64,000 nucleotides of DNA from NCBI GenBank assembly GCA_008273105.1, contig GCA_008273105.1_4080.1. One strand, written 5' to 3'. The position numbers were made by a program, and so were the translations under genes. This document shows positions 1-12,518 of the stretch, in pieces (position 1 is the first letter of the stretch; each line of letters starts with the position of its first letter). The stretch is from a phage. Under the pieces are notes generated by a model that saw only the letters and a list, made by a program, of their open reading frames with translations, had not been told where the DNA came from and did not search any database.

Positions 1-211
1 TGTCACAGGCTTTTTGTAGTTTATCTACAATTTCTTTTTGGTCTTCACCAGATTTAATCTTATCAACAATATCAATAAGACATTTGGTAATATCCTTAAG
101 AACATCAACTGCTACAACATCGGATTCAACTTCAACTGAAAAACTTTCGTCTTCATCTCTTCCGGTAATTTCGTCTAACGCTTCAACTAGTTCACGATAA
201 TTATATTGCAT
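1..211 (-). CDS. hypothetical acidic protein, N-terminal part only (ORF runs off window start)
   Basis: ATG at 209-211 with GGAGA upstream; frame stays open to position 1. Confidence 0.4.
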   Translation of the reverse strand, partial: MQYNYRELVEALDEITGRDEDESFSVEVESDVVAVDVLKDITKCLIDIVDKIKSGEDQKEIVDKLQKACD

Positions 212-212
212 A

Positions 213-1193
213 TTATTTGTCTCCTAAAAATTTCTTGTATTTTTCTTGGAGACTTTCAAAAATATCTTCTACTTCTTCATCAGAATCATCTTCCAAGTCA
301 ATGTTACCTTCAGGTGAATCATCTTCTTCACTTTCATTAACATTTAGTGGGTTATCTCCTAATGCAGTGCCTGGGAATTTTGGTTCAAATTTATGAACAC
401 GATTTTCGTTCCCTTCATTATCATAATACTCAGGTTCTGGACGATTGTCAAGATCTTCATCTACAACACGTCTCCAATAAAATTGATTGCCTTTTGCAAT
501 TACAACAAAATGGTCACCTTCAACACCATTAGTCTTTAGTTGACCATCACGAACGGCATCAGCTTCTGTTTCATATGGACCATAATCAGTACTGTTAGAT
601 GGTTCTTCATCTTCAGAGATACTTAGATCTGGTAGAAATTGGGTATCTTTCATTTCTTTATCGGTAGCAGGATTACCCTCTACTGAAAAATCTTCGTCTT
701 CTTCTTCGTTAATACCAGCAAGAGATAGCATACGACTAAAATCGAATTCTTCTTCAATAATTTCTTCTTCTTCCTCATCGTCTTCTTCAACTGATTCTAG
801 TTGAGGTTGACCACTAAGGTCAAGAGAAAAATCTTCTTCACCTTCTACACCTGGTTCTGAAAATTCAGCATCCATACTAACTTCATCTGTGTCAGCACCA
901 AAATCACCAACATCAGCGGAAAGATCATCAACTGCCGCTGCTAGTGGGTCTTCAACTGAAGTTTCAATTCCACCAATTTCTTCTTCAGCACCAATAGAAT
1001 CGAGATCTAGTGGAGCAATAGGTGGAAGAGATGGAGTCATAGACCCCATAGATGGTACTGGAGCGGCAACTACTGGGTCTTGACGTTCAGCTTGACCAGC
1101 AAGAGCTAACATACGTGATAGAGTTTCCAAATCATCAGATTCTAAACCTGCGATATCGATTTTAACTTGTGCTTCATTAATTTTTTTAGCCAT
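213..1193 (-). CDS. hyper-acidic protein (D/E-rich), possible scaffold or internal virion protein
   Basis: 326-aa ORF, long EEDDEEEEE runs, co-oriented in tail/late block. Confidence 0.55.
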   Translation of the reverse strand: MAKKINEAQVKIDIAGLESDDLETLSRMLALAGQAERQDPVVAAPVPSMGSMTPSLPPIAPLDLDSIGAEEEIGGIETSVEDPLAAAVDDLSADVGDFGADTDEVSMDAEFSEPGVEGEEDFSLDLSGQPQLESVEEDDEEEEEIIEEEFDFSRMLSLAGINEEEDEDFSVEGNPATDKEMKDTQFLPDLSISEDEEPSNSTDYGPYETEADAVRDGQLKTNGVEGDHFVVIAKGNQFYWRRVVDEDLDNRPEPEYYDNEGNENRVHKFEPKFPGTALGDNPLNVNESEEDDSPEGNIDLEDDSDEEVEDIFESLQEKYKKFLGDK

Positions 1194-1215
1194 TTTAAAT
1201 AAATCCTTTTAGTTA

Positions 1216-2733
1216 TCAATCATTATTATTTAATGATTTTAAAATTTGCACTGTTTCATCCTTTTTACCTGAAAGTAAAATGTCAGCAGCAAGTAGAGAA
1301 ACCTCATCACCACGAGTTAGTAGTACTGTGATTTTTTTAGCATAAGGTGACTCTTTAATTTTAGAAGCTAATGATTGTACATCATCACCAGCAATTGTTT
1401 CAGATTTAGTTTCTGGTTCAGAAACTTCGTCTGGTTTTTGTTCAGATTCTGGTTCTTTCTTAGGTTCTTCTTTTGATTGAATTTGCTCAGTACCAGAGTC
1501 TACTTCAGGTGTTTCATCACTTTTAACTTCTTTATCTTGTTCATATTTGGCAAGTAATTTAGCAGCAGTTGCTTTTGGTATAAACTTACCATCAGCACTA
1601 ATGAATCTGTCACCACCAACATACGAATATTCTTTGCCTTGTTTGGATTTAACTTTTGTACCGATTTTCATAGCACCGGAATTGTTATGACGGAAAATAT
1701 CACGCTGTGCTGCTCGTTCAACACTTTTAGAAGCACTTGTGTTAAGTTGCTTTTTACTTTCGATATCATACCACAAGTTATTTTTCTTAGCGTATGTTTT
1801 TCCTTTAGAAGAAGTCATTCTATAACCGTCAGGAACAGTAATGCTTTCAAATTCTTCAATTTCTTCATCTGCTTCATTAATTGATTCTTTAGTTGCAAAT
1901 ACTGGCTGTTTAGCAGGGTGTGAAGCTTTATGTGGCTTTTCACCTGAACCAAAACGTTGCTCACTATGTTCTTGTTCACCCGTTAATGTAGGAAAATCAC
2001 TTGGGTTATTCTTAACAAATTGCTGATATGCATTAATAATTGCATGTGCATTTTGTTCTGGAATTACTACATTACCATCATTATCACAAAATTCTTTACC
2101 ATTCCACTCACAACGTGTATTGCCTTGAACTAAGGTTGATTTGATTGGAATTAGTTTATTTTTAGAAGCTAACTGACGAGCAATACGCATACCTTCATCT
2201 GATAGTTTACGGGTCATTGCTGGATCAACTGCTCGTCCTGATTTCATATCAACAAAACGGTGATTCTTTGGCACAAATTTAAAACCACTTACTTCCATAC
2301 CTGCTGGAATTGATATATCATCAGCATATGGTGGAAGAATGTAAAATTTTAATGCATTCCATTCTTTTTGTAGTGTTTCTTTAGAAACATTATATACTCG
2401 ATGATCATCTGCCATTAATTCAGTGATGAATTCACTTTCAGTTAATAGAATTCCATCTTTTGAATTGAAACGGTTTTCACCAATAAATGTACACTCTTTA
2501 CCTTCAACAATATATTTGTTACCAATCTTATATTCATTTGAAGCTAGATTGTGCTCGACAATCTGTTGTCGAGCACTTGCGTACATGGATGGGTATTTTC
2601 TAGGGTCTACCATTAACATATTATTGTCATTGAACCAGAATCCTTCAAGAAATACATATTTTGCACCAGTATGTGACGTATATACATATCCATTAGGAAC
2701 TGTGGTAGTTTCAGTACTGAAAAAATTATCCAT
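1216..2733 (-). CDS. hypothetical protein with internal tandem duplication
   Basis: 505-aa ORF; two copies of VP(N/D)GY...SxxGxxY and (Y/M)KIGxK...G(K/E)E modules; K/E-rich C-terminal region. Confidence 0.55.
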   Translation of the reverse strand: MDNFFSTETTTVPNGYVYTSHTGAKYVFLEGFWFNDNNMLMVDPRKYPSMYASARQQIVEHNLASNEYKIGNKYIVEGKECTFIGENRFNSKDGILLTESEFITELMADDHRVYNVSKETLQKEWNALKFYILPPYADDISIPAGMEVSGFKFVPKNHRFVDMKSGRAVDPAMTRKLSDEGMRIARQLASKNKLIPIKSTLVQGNTRCEWNGKEFCDNDGNVVIPEQNAHAIINAYQQFVKNNPSDFPTLTGEQEHSEQRFGSGEKPHKASHPAKQPVFATKESINEADEEIEEFESITVPDGYRMTSSKGKTYAKKNNLWYDIESKKQLNTSASKSVERAAQRDIFRHNNSGAMKIGTKVKSKQGKEYSYVGGDRFISADGKFIPKATAAKLLAKYEQDKEVKSDETPEVDSGTEQIQSKEEPKKEPESEQKPDEVSEPETKSETIAGDDVQSLASKIKESPYAKKITVLLTRGDEVSLLAADILLSGKKDETVQILKSLNNND

Positions 2734-2746
2734 GTGTTGATTCTCC

Positions 2747-3289
2747 TTAAGAAAGCATACGTAACAGTTGGTCGCGTTGCTCTGGACTTAATTTTTGTAG
2801 AGCATCAGGGATACTGGAACCTTGTGCTTTTGGTTGTTCTTGTTGTGCTGGTTGCTCAGTTGAGGTCGATTGTGATGGTTGTGATTCTGAACTTTCTTCG
2901 CCACCTTGTTGGTCACGGTAGTCATTCATTATATCACGAGCAGCATTTAATAGAGCAGTACCTACATCTTTTGGTGTAAAAGAACGACGAGGATTGTTCC
3001 CTAAATGTTTAATATCAAGATTGTTACCTTTAAAAAACTGTGCCACATCAGCGTAAGGTACTGATGGTTGAGCTTTACCATATTTACGTCCAACATAACG
3101 TTTAAACTCTGCCCATAAGCGGTTGGCTTCAGCACCAACTTCTTGTGCACCTTGTTCAATCTGTCCACTACCAAAAAAGCCTTTTACTTTTCCTTTTGCA
3201 CTATCAACTGCACTTTGTGAACGACTATAAGGACGAGCTTCATTTAACTCATTGTCTTCATAATCTAACATTTCATTAAGTATACTCAT
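2747..3289 (-). CDS. hypothetical protein
   Basis: 180-aa ORF in co-oriented array. Confidence 0.5.
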   Translation of the reverse strand: MSILNEMLDYEDNELNEARPYSRSQSAVDSAKGKVKGFFGSGQIEQGAQEVGAEANRLWAEFKRYVGRKYGKAQPSVPYADVAQFFKGNNLDIKHLGNNPRRSFTPKDVGTALLNAARDIMNDYRDQQGGEESSESQPSQSTSTEQPAQQEQPKAQGSSIPDALQKLSPEQRDQLLRMLS

Positions 3290-3292
3290 GTG

Positions 3293-3829
3293 TTAATCCT
3301 TTTTACCAAAACCAGCACTCATATATTGAGAGTATTTATTGTCTTTTTTCGATGCTTCAATTGCATCATCAACGGCAGTGTTTGCACGTTGTTGTCCAGC
3401 TAAGTCATAACTGTCTTCTGGTTTACCAAAATCCACTCCAATAACTGGTTCATCAACATCATCAAAATCGATATCATCTTCCAAATCAGTCATTTCAATT
3501 TGACGAGGTTCATCTTTACTACGAACACGAATCAATGCTTCTGTCATGCTTAGTAAATTGCCAATTTCATACATTAGTACATTTGATTGAACACCACGAT
3601 GACATTTAAAGTCAAACATCCAAATTTCACCACAATCTAATTCATAGAAATCTAATGGTTTTTCCATAAAAATTGTTTTCTTTAGTGCTCCAATTTCAAA
3701 CGCATCATAGCGATCCATTAGTCGCTGTGTTACTTTACTAAGTTGCTCAGGTGTTGGTTCAACTGCAAACTTAACTCGGTATTCATAAACTGGTTTCTTT
3801 TCAGTTAGGATTTGTTGTAATCTATTCAT
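3293..3829 (-). CDS. hypothetical protein
   Basis: 178-aa ORF in co-oriented array. Confidence 0.5.
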   Translation of the reverse strand: MNRLQQILTEKKPVYEYRVKFAVEPTPEQLSKVTQRLMDRYDAFEIGALKKTIFMEKPLDFYELDCGEIWMFDFKCHRGVQSNVLMYEIGNLLSMTEALIRVRSKDEPRQIEMTDLEDDIDFDDVDEPVIGVDFGKPEDSYDLAGQQRANTAVDDAIEASKKDNKYSQYMSAGFGKKD

Positions 3830-3856
3830 TTTAATAACTCCATAAGGTCGTTTAAG

Positions 3857-5964
<2,108 letters not shown>

Positions 5965-5975
5965 TCATTATCTCC

Positions 5976-6752
5976 TTAAAATCCTACACTACCAAAAACA
6001 CGATCAATGATATCTAAACCTTGATTGACATTTTCAGGTAAAAGTGAATTAATTCTGGTACTATACATTTCTTCAATATTATCAAATTGTATACAATTAT
6101 CTGGTTTGATAGTAACTACCATTTCAACTGGAGAACTTGAGCTATAATCTAATGAATCGTATGATATGTTTTGAATAACACATCCGGTTAAAACAAAGTA
6201 TTCCATAACACCAGCACTGTTATATGAAGAACCACCAATAAATTGATCTACTGCATTTACTAAGCCAGAATTATTTGTTGCAGCAGTTGCAGCATCTACT
6301 AGAGTATCTCTTCCTAGATTTCCTAGTGTATCATCTGAGTTACGTCCACTCAACATCTGTATAACCAAACCAAATTTATAAGAACCATAATCTTGGTCAT
6401 TTCTGGAAGTTATTCTACGTTGAAAGTCAAGTTGTTTTTGTAATTGTCGTGATAATGCTTTTGCTGATGCATTACCAACTGAATCACGGATAGATATTGT
6501 AATTGGTTCCCAATCATGACTACCTATATAGGAAGTATTAGTAGTAAATTGATATAGTTTATGAGTACTAAATGTTACAGTAGGTCTATCAATTTTATCA
6601 ACATCTAATGCGATGTGATCACGTTCATCTATATCAGTACCGAAATTATACACAATAACACGAAACTTGTATTTTGCTTTCGGTTGTAGCATTGAACGAT
6701 TACGCCCCGATGGTAAAGGAACGCCATATTTATTAATCATGTTATTTGCCAT
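5976..6752 (-). CDS. putative tail tube protein (paralog 2)
   Basis: Paralog of 6847-7533 (shared GVPL...QPKAKYKFRVI...RDSVGNASAKAL motifs); position after sheath gene. Confidence 0.55.
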   Translation of the reverse strand: MANNMINKYGVPLPSGRNRSMLQPKAKYKFRVIVYNFGTDIDERDHIALDVDKIDRPTVTFSTHKLYQFTTNTSYIGSHDWEPITISIRDSVGNASAKALSRQLQKQLDFQRRITSRNDQDYGSYKFGLVIQMLSGRNSDDTLGNLGRDTLVDAATAATNNSGLVNAVDQFIGGSSYNSAGVMEYFVLTGCVIQNISYDSLDYSSSSPVEMVVTIKPDNCIQFDNIEEMYSTRINSLLPENVNQGLDIIDRVFGSVGF

Positions 6753-6796
6753 AGCAACCTCTTTTTATTTTATAAGGCATTATACTTTATTTAGCA

Positions 6797-6825
6797 TAAA
6801 AAAAGCCCCGAATAGATTCGAGGCT
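6797..6825 (-). terminator. rho-independent terminator between tube paralogs
   Basis: Minus-sense 10-bp stem AGCCTCGAAT/ATTCGGGGCT (one mismatch) followed by T8. Confidence 0.55.
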
Positions 6826-6846
6826 ATATATTAAGTTTAAATAAAA

Positions 6847-7533
6847 TTAATTTTCGTAGAAGTTACTATCTGGTAGAGTAGTACTACTAATATTAGTTTG
6901 TGCACCAGAAATAGAGGTAGCAGTTGATGGATTACCGAAGCCACTAACTTCATCACCGAACGCTTCGCCATTTGGACCCAATTTAGCACAACCATCTGGT
7001 TGAACAGTCATTGAAATAACTTGTGCTTCACTTGAGGAATAATCCCAATCACCAAAGTTGCTGGATTCAATAAAGCAACCTTGACATACCCAAGTACTCA
7101 ATGTTCCTTCAAACAAGTTTGTTGTATTTTCACTATTAGAACCATCAAGCTCTTGAATCCACATTTCAAATTTAAATTGTGAATCTGTCATGCGAGATTC
7201 TTGACTGTAGTAGTTGAATTCTTTACGCATTTGGTTGTATAGTGCTTTAGCAGAAGCATTACCTACTGAGTCACGGAAAGCAACATCAATTGTATCCCAA
7301 GTGTACTTACCTTTATAGTGTGCAGAACTGTTGTAACTATGAACAGTAACATTTTCATGTGATACAGATACTGCCCCAACTGTATTGGTGTCTAGTGTAA
7401 TCATATTACCATCATCATTAGTACCAAAACCAAAGAAAATAACACGAAATTTGTATTTTGCTTTTGGTTGTTTCATAGAGATACGACCACCGCCAGCGAG
7501 CGGTACGCCATATCGATCAAGCATTGTAGCCAT
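6847..7533 (-). CDS. putative tail tube protein (paralog 1)
   Basis: 228-aa ORF directly downstream of tail sheath gene; paralog of 5976-6752. Confidence 0.55.
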   Translation of the reverse strand: MATMLDRYGVPLAGGGRISMKQPKAKYKFRVIFFGFGTNDDGNMITLDTNTVGAVSVSHENVTVHSYNSSAHYKGKYTWDTIDVAFRDSVGNASAKALYNQMRKEFNYYSQESRMTDSQFKFEMWIQELDGSNSENTTNLFEGTLSTWVCQGCFIESSNFGDWDYSSSEAQVISMTVQPDGCAKLGPNGEAFGDEVSGFGNPSTATSISGAQTNISSTTLPDSNFYEN

Positions 7534-7723
7534 TTATATTCTCCTATTATGGAATGACATCTTTATATTATTTATCTATCTGGAAGTATATTTTTAATTA
7601 ACTAAAGTGTCATCAACAGGGAACCAATTAATATTAACACAATATAAGTATCTTTTTCGTTTAGTGTGGTCAATATAGTTTACTGATATAGACCATTTTC
7701 CATTTGTGTATACTTCGTATTTT

Positions 7724-7849
7724 TCAATTATACCGACAATCTTCCAAATTTTTTAAAAATATATTTAGTATGTGTACTGATTCCAACTGAGTTAAAACTA
7801 TTTTACTGACATCTTGTATTGTTTTTTTTAGTATTTCTTCCATATCCAT
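7724..7849 (-). CDS. small hypothetical protein (41 aa)
   Basis: ATG preceded by AAAGGAA 4 nt upstream; below track size cutoff. Confidence 0.35.
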   Translation of the reverse strand: MDMEEILKKTIQDVSKIVLTQLESVHILNIFLKNLEDCRYN

Positions 7850-7894
7850 AATGTTCCTTTATAACATCAATATAAAGGTATTTAATTTTAATCA

Positions 7895-7920
7895 ATAAAA
7901 AAGGGAACCAAAAGGTTCCC
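7895..7920 (-). terminator. rho-independent terminator after tail sheath gene
   Basis: Stem GGGAACC/GGTTCCC with 4-nt loop, followed on minus strand by T6. Confidence 0.7.
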
Positions 7921-7928
7921 TTAGTGTT

Positions 7929-10592
7929 TTATTGAGTTTTCTCGATACGGATTGGTACGTAAATGAAGTTAATACTCTTAGTTGGTTGAATTGCAATATC
8001 CATCCAAAGTTCATTACGGTCAATACGCTCTGCGGTGTTGTTACTTTCATCACAAACCACTGCGAAGTTATAAAGACCCTGTTGTTGAACAATTTCAGCC
8101 AAGAAGCTATTAACTACACCACTAAATTCCTGACGAGTACTTGGAGTATTCAAACGGAATAGGAATGGTTCGGAAATAATTTCTAGTTGACGACGAATAT
8201 AAACAACTAAACGAGCAACGTTAACACGACTTAGTGCAGAAGTTTGATTAGCAGATAGAGTTTTATCTCCATAAACAAGCAAACCACGGTTAGGACGCAT
8301 TGCAATTGGGTTAATGTTGTTAGTATACATAACGTCACGTTGACCTTGGTTGTATACTACTGGTTGATATTCACCTTCGCTGTTGATAAAACCAGTACTT
8401 GCAGCGTTTGTTACAACACCACGAGTTGTACCAGCAGGTGGATACCATACATAACTAACACTATCACTGTATGCATATGTACGCATTGCAATAGTACTAC
8501 CAGGAACTGCAACTTCTTCACCATCAACGTTAGTACTTAGACACCAACCCATATACTGAGCAGCATAATCATAAGCAGTTGTACGACCAACTGAACCGTT
8601 ACTTGGTGCATTGTTAGCATTAGTAGCCCATTGTTGTACAGCACTACCGTTTCCGGTTGGATTCAAACGTGCTGGAACGTCAGTAACAATAAATGCAGTT
8701 TCTTTACGATCAGTGTTTAAAGTTACACATTCATCAAGTGTTTCAACGTAACCAGGTACACAAATTAGGTTAAAATCAATAAATTCAGAACGAATGTCAT
8801 CATTACCAATAATAACAGCAGCTAGTGCTTCAACTACTAGTTGACGTTGTGCAGCACGACCAAATAGGCCAGCACCATCAAGACTTACACCACTAACAAC
8901 TTCCCATTGACCATTAACCATTTTCTTAACAACACCTTCAGTGTTACCTAGGTCAACTGCAAGCATACCATTTTGATACAATGCCGCCGCAGGAACTTGG
9001 CTTGGGAAATTAAAGTCTTGGAAAATCATACCATTTAGTGTACTTTGGTCAGTACTGTCAAGTTTAACCCATTCACCATCAACGTTGCGATAGAAATCAT
9101 AACCATCAATGCCTTGAGACAAAGGACAAACCCAAATTAAACGGTCAGCCGCTGGTTCATCAACTTGTACATATTTGTTTTCTTCTTGTACTAGATCCCA
9201 ATCATCATTAGCAACATCAGCAACATACATAGTTACAGTTAAATTATCGGAGTTCCCGAAATCATACCAGAGAGTTCCTTCTTTTGCTACACTACGTGGT
9301 ACTGAATAACTAACACGGAAGTTATTAACGTTAATTAGAGAGTAGTTGTTACTATCTACAGTTAGTTTTTGTAGTTCAGATTCAGCAAAAATATCATCAC
9401 CACTTTGTGTGATTTTGAAACTGTAACCTTTTGTATTGGAAACAACTAAACCACCATTAGTTTCACGTTTAAATTTAAAACCATCGTTAATAATTTCAGC
9501 ATTTGCATTTAGATTATTGATGATAGTTTGGGTATTAATAACACCGCCTTGTGGAACTGCTAGTACTTTAACTGATTTATTCAAATAAACAAAAGTCATA
9601 TAGCTATCAGCACCTGCTTGTTCAATAATAGTTTCACCAAGTGGCAAAGCAGGAGCACTAATTGTTGTTAGTTTTGCACTTTGAATATAGAAAGAGAAAC
9701 TCTTACTATCTTCATCAAAACGAGATGCGATATAACTATTGTTTAGTACACCACTTTTCGCTTCAATTTCTTGGAATGAATTACCAGTATATGCTGGTAC
9801 AATATTCCAAACTTGAGTTAGGGATGCATAACGTTTAATAACAAAACGAGTACCAAAATAGTTTGAACCATTTTGGGTGTAACCATCACGAATCCAAATG
9901 TTACCTTTTTCTACAGTTGAGCCAACTGGAACTTTGTTAATTGGTGATAGGTAAGTTTCCATTTGCACTAGCCCAGAAGCAGAACGTTTATACATTAGCA
10001 TCTGACCATTGCTTGGTTTGTAACGTAGAACTAAATCATCAACATTTAAACCTACTAGACTTACATCTTCAACTTCTTCAGCACTTACAATAGTTACTGG
10101 CTTAAGTTGCCAATCATAAAAACTGCTTGGACTATCTTTCTTCGCTACATACGCTTCTACTTGTGATTGTGCGGTATCAAACCACAAAGTACCATTGGAT
10201 ACTGGGCCAGTTGGTGCTTCAGCACTTGGTGCTAGTTGTGCTAGATCGATATCAGCACGAATTACATATGCACGGTTAGTAATGCCTAGATAAGAATATA
10301 CTGCATGTAGGCCATATTCGTTTAGTTCATCACCTTGAACAACAGAACCGTTATTCATTTGAAAAATTGGTGTACCATAGGTATCAAGTGAGCTTTTTTG
10401 TGATGTTAGAAGCTGTAGTTTTCCAGCGTTTGCTTTAGTAGTTCCCGCAGCAATTGCACTGCTTCCTGGGACAAGTTTGTCTTCAGCAGTAGCGATTACA
10501 AATAGTGGTACAGTGCCAGGAGCAGCAGCGGTACTCATACTTTCATCAGTTACTGAAATGGAAACGCCAGGTGAGAGTAGATCTCCTGCCAT
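7929..10592 (-). CDS. tail sheath protein
   Basis: 887 aa; conserved sheath C-terminal domain (LVYGDKTL...RVNVARLVVYIRRQLE...); GGAGGA RBS. Confidence 0.85.
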   Translation of the reverse strand: MAGDLLSPGVSISVTDESMSTAAAPGTVPLFVIATAEDKLVPGSSAIAAGTTKANAGKLQLLTSQKSSLDTYGTPIFQMNNGSVVQGDELNEYGLHAVYSYLGITNRAYVIRADIDLAQLAPSAEAPTGPVSNGTLWFDTAQSQVEAYVAKKDSPSSFYDWQLKPVTIVSAEEVEDVSLVGLNVDDLVLRYKPSNGQMLMYKRSASGLVQMETYLSPINKVPVGSTVEKGNIWIRDGYTQNGSNYFGTRFVIKRYASLTQVWNIVPAYTGNSFQEIEAKSGVLNNSYIASRFDEDSKSFSFYIQSAKLTTISAPALPLGETIIEQAGADSYMTFVYLNKSVKVLAVPQGGVINTQTIINNLNANAEIINDGFKFKRETNGGLVVSNTKGYSFKITQSGDDIFAESELQKLTVDSNNYSLINVNNFRVSYSVPRSVAKEGTLWYDFGNSDNLTVTMYVADVANDDWDLVQEENKYVQVDEPAADRLIWVCPLSQGIDGYDFYRNVDGEWVKLDSTDQSTLNGMIFQDFNFPSQVPAAALYQNGMLAVDLGNTEGVVKKMVNGQWEVVSGVSLDGAGLFGRAAQRQLVVEALAAVIIGNDDIRSEFIDFNLICVPGYVETLDECVTLNTDRKETAFIVTDVPARLNPTGNGSAVQQWATNANNAPSNGSVGRTTAYDYAAQYMGWCLSTNVDGEEVAVPGSTIAMRTYAYSDSVSYVWYPPAGTTRGVVTNAASTGFINSEGEYQPVVYNQGQRDVMYTNNINPIAMRPNRGLLVYGDKTLSANQTSALSRVNVARLVVYIRRQLEIISEPFLFRLNTPSTRQEFSGVVNSFLAEIVQQQGLYNFAVVCDESNNTAERIDRNELWMDIAIQPTKSINFIYVPIRIEKTQ

Positions 10593-10686
10593 ATTAAATC
10601 CTCCAAAAATAATTGGTTATTCGAAATATATTCGTATAGTCTTATTTATTGAAGGATTTAATTGTCCAGTCCTTATTGTTTATAAT

Positions 10687-11313
10687 TTATGTATTAGAAT
10701 AAATAATGTCCATTGCTTTTTTATGTAAATCATCAATAGTACTGTTATTCTGTACAATTATATCAGGATTGTTTATTCCAATCCAAGCCCACTCAGATTC
10801 GTGTACTGATTCAAGTTCAACTGGTTTAATATTAATATCCCCTTTATTATAAGAGGCAGCCAAACCATACCAATGTGGTAGAACACGTTGAACTTCAATA
10901 ATAGTCCCATTATTCGATCTAATCATTTTTAATTCATTTGGAAAACGGCAATCAGTGATGATGATATTTCCATCTATGTCTTGCATTGATTTTTCTAAAC
11001 TGAATACCCAAATATCATTATGAAAATACTTACGCAAAATATTAGTACCATAATTCTGCAATACCCATCGAGGGGATACATCATTACGACCTAACTTATC
11101 ACACCAGTACTGATCCGGTTCTTCACGAATCTTACGACTTTCCTTAGTTGACCCCTCAAGCATTTCACGGTCCCATCCAAAGATGGCAGCAACTGAATCT
11201 TTTAGATTGGTTGCGAATGACATTCGTGTGTAACCATTATTAATAAAAGATTCACCAAATGTATCTTTACCACTTCCAATAGTTCCGTTAATTGCAATTA
11301 TTTGTCTTCCCAT
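10687..11313 (-). CDS. deoxynucleoside monophosphate kinase (T4 gp1-like)
   Basis: P-loop GTIGSGKDT; blocks resembling T4 gp1 as recalled (LQNYGTNIL, IITDCRFPNE...GTIIEVQRV). Confidence 0.7.
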   Translation of the reverse strand: MGRQIIAINGTIGSGKDTFGESFINNGYTRMSFATNLKDSVAAIFGWDREMLEGSTKESRKIREEPDQYWCDKLGRNDVSPRWVLQNYGTNILRKYFHNDIWVFSLEKSMQDIDGNIIITDCRFPNELKMIRSNNGTIIEVQRVLPHWYGLAASYNKGDINIKPVELESVHESEWAWIGINNPDIIVQNNSTIDDLHKKAMDIIYSNT

Positions 11314-11331
11314 TATACTACTCCATGTATT

Positions 11332-11601
11332 TTATATAATTTCTATTAAATCCTTTCCTACTAAACTTTCAAGTAATCCAAGAATTGACTCATTACCATA
11401 ATATATAGAAACATAAGTAATAAAAAATGTTTCCCCATCATCATCACGATATATACTCGCCCATGCATTTATTCGATCTCTACCGATAACATCAATGATT
11501 GAATCTTTGATAAATTTCCAGTACTTTTCAGTTGATTCGTAATCAAGCGTTGGTCTACCACAACGATATCTGTTATACGTTACATTTATGTTATTATTCA
11601 T
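11332..11601 (-). CDS. hypothetical protein
   Basis: 89-aa ORF; TATAAT-like box and AAAGGAAC RBS upstream. Confidence 0.5.
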   Translation of the reverse strand: MNNNINVTYNRYRCGRPTLDYESTEKYWKFIKDSIIDVIGRDRINAWASIYRDDDGETFFITYVSIYYGNESILGLLESLVGKDLIEII

Positions 11602-11645
11602 GACAAGTTCCTTTAGATTAATATTATCATTATATCACATAATAT

Positions 11646-11674
11646 GAAAAAGACTCCATATAGGAGTCCTTTTA
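11646..11674 (-). terminator. rho-independent terminator
   Basis: Stem GACTCC/GGAGTC, 5-nt loop, flanking A- and T-tracts. Confidence 0.5.
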
Positions 11675-11676
11675 AT

Positions 11677-12483
11677 TTAGCCAATAATCATACCGAGTGG
11701 TTCAGCACCATCTTGATAACGTTTCAAACGCTCTTTAAGCTGTTCTTGAAGCTGTAAACCTTCATTGCGTAAGGTATCACCATCCATAGAAAACGTTCCC
11801 TGTGGTCCAGGAAGCGATGCGAATTTAGCACGGTTACGACCCAACATTATCATTGCTTCGGATAAAGCCCAATCACGCAACCAAGGATAACTTTGCTGCC
11901 TTTGGAACAACAATGGTTCAGGAATATTATGATACACGTGTAATAGTACTTCTTCAGTACCTCGAATATCACGATCTATAATTAATTTTTTGGTCATTGG
12001 GTTAAATTGAAATATAATATCACGACCAAACATACGACCTACCAGTTCTTGGAACTGAAAACTAAAATCATATGTAGTTAGATCATATCCACCAGCATTT
12101 CGTGCTGAAGTCAATAAGTAAGTGTTGGTGAATGCTAGAGAAAACGGGTCTACTGAGTTCCCACTACCAGAACTTAAGTAACCATTACCATAACGATAAA
12201 TCTTTTTAACAATTTCAACTTCAGTTGGTAGCATATATACAGATTGTGAATCATAAAATTTCATATTTAAAAATGCTTCTTCTTTAGAAGCAGAACTCCA
12301 CGCTCTGTAATTCGATACCGCATTATCAATTGCAATTTCTAATTGACCATCAGTAATTTCTACCTCAACGGCCCCAGCACCCAACATTTGAGTGATAACA
12401 TCTTTCAGTTTTTCACGATGGTCAAAGTTAGGAGCATCAGGGTTTCCACCCATATAATCGTAAGACATAAAAAAGCACCTCAT
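11677..12483 (-). CDS. putative virion structural protein
   Basis: 268-aa ORF; true start probably Met6 (MSYDYMGG, GAGGTG SD upstream). Confidence 0.5.
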   Translation of the reverse strand: MRCFFMSYDYMGGNPDAPNFDHREKLKDVITQMLGAGAVEVEITDGQLEIAIDNAVSNYRAWSSASKEEAFLNMKFYDSQSVYMLPTEVEIVKKIYRYGNGYLSSGSGNSVDPFSLAFTNTYLLTSARNAGGYDLTTYDFSFQFQELVGRMFGRDIIFQFNPMTKKLIIDRDIRGTEEVLLHVYHNIPEPLLFQRQQSYPWLRDWALSEAMIMLGRNRAKFASLPGPQGTFSMDGDTLRNEGLQLQEQLKERLKRYQDGAEPLGMIIG

Positions 12484-12518
12484 TAATGTTTATATACATT
12501 ATTTAGAGGTGCTAATAG

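Noticed and set aside
347-1083. Plus-strand ORFs 347-532 and 889-1083
   Set aside because: They lie antisense inside the minus-strand acidic-protein gene; the repetitive GAA/GAT codons on the other strand create these frames. No RBS.
1216-2733. Portal protein assignment for the 505-aa ORF
   Set aside because: Size is portal-like, but the protein is repetitive and K/E-rich with no recognisable portal motifs; left as hypothetical.
1639-2740. Plus-strand ORFs 1639-1884, 1841-2026 and 2423-2740
   Set aside because: Antisense to the 505-aa minus-strand gene, low-complexity hydrophobic translations, no RBS.
7892-8162. ORFs 7892-8092 (-) and 7932-8162 (+)
   Set aside because: Both overlap the 3' end of the tail sheath gene in alternative frames; the sheath frame has the conserved C-terminal domain.
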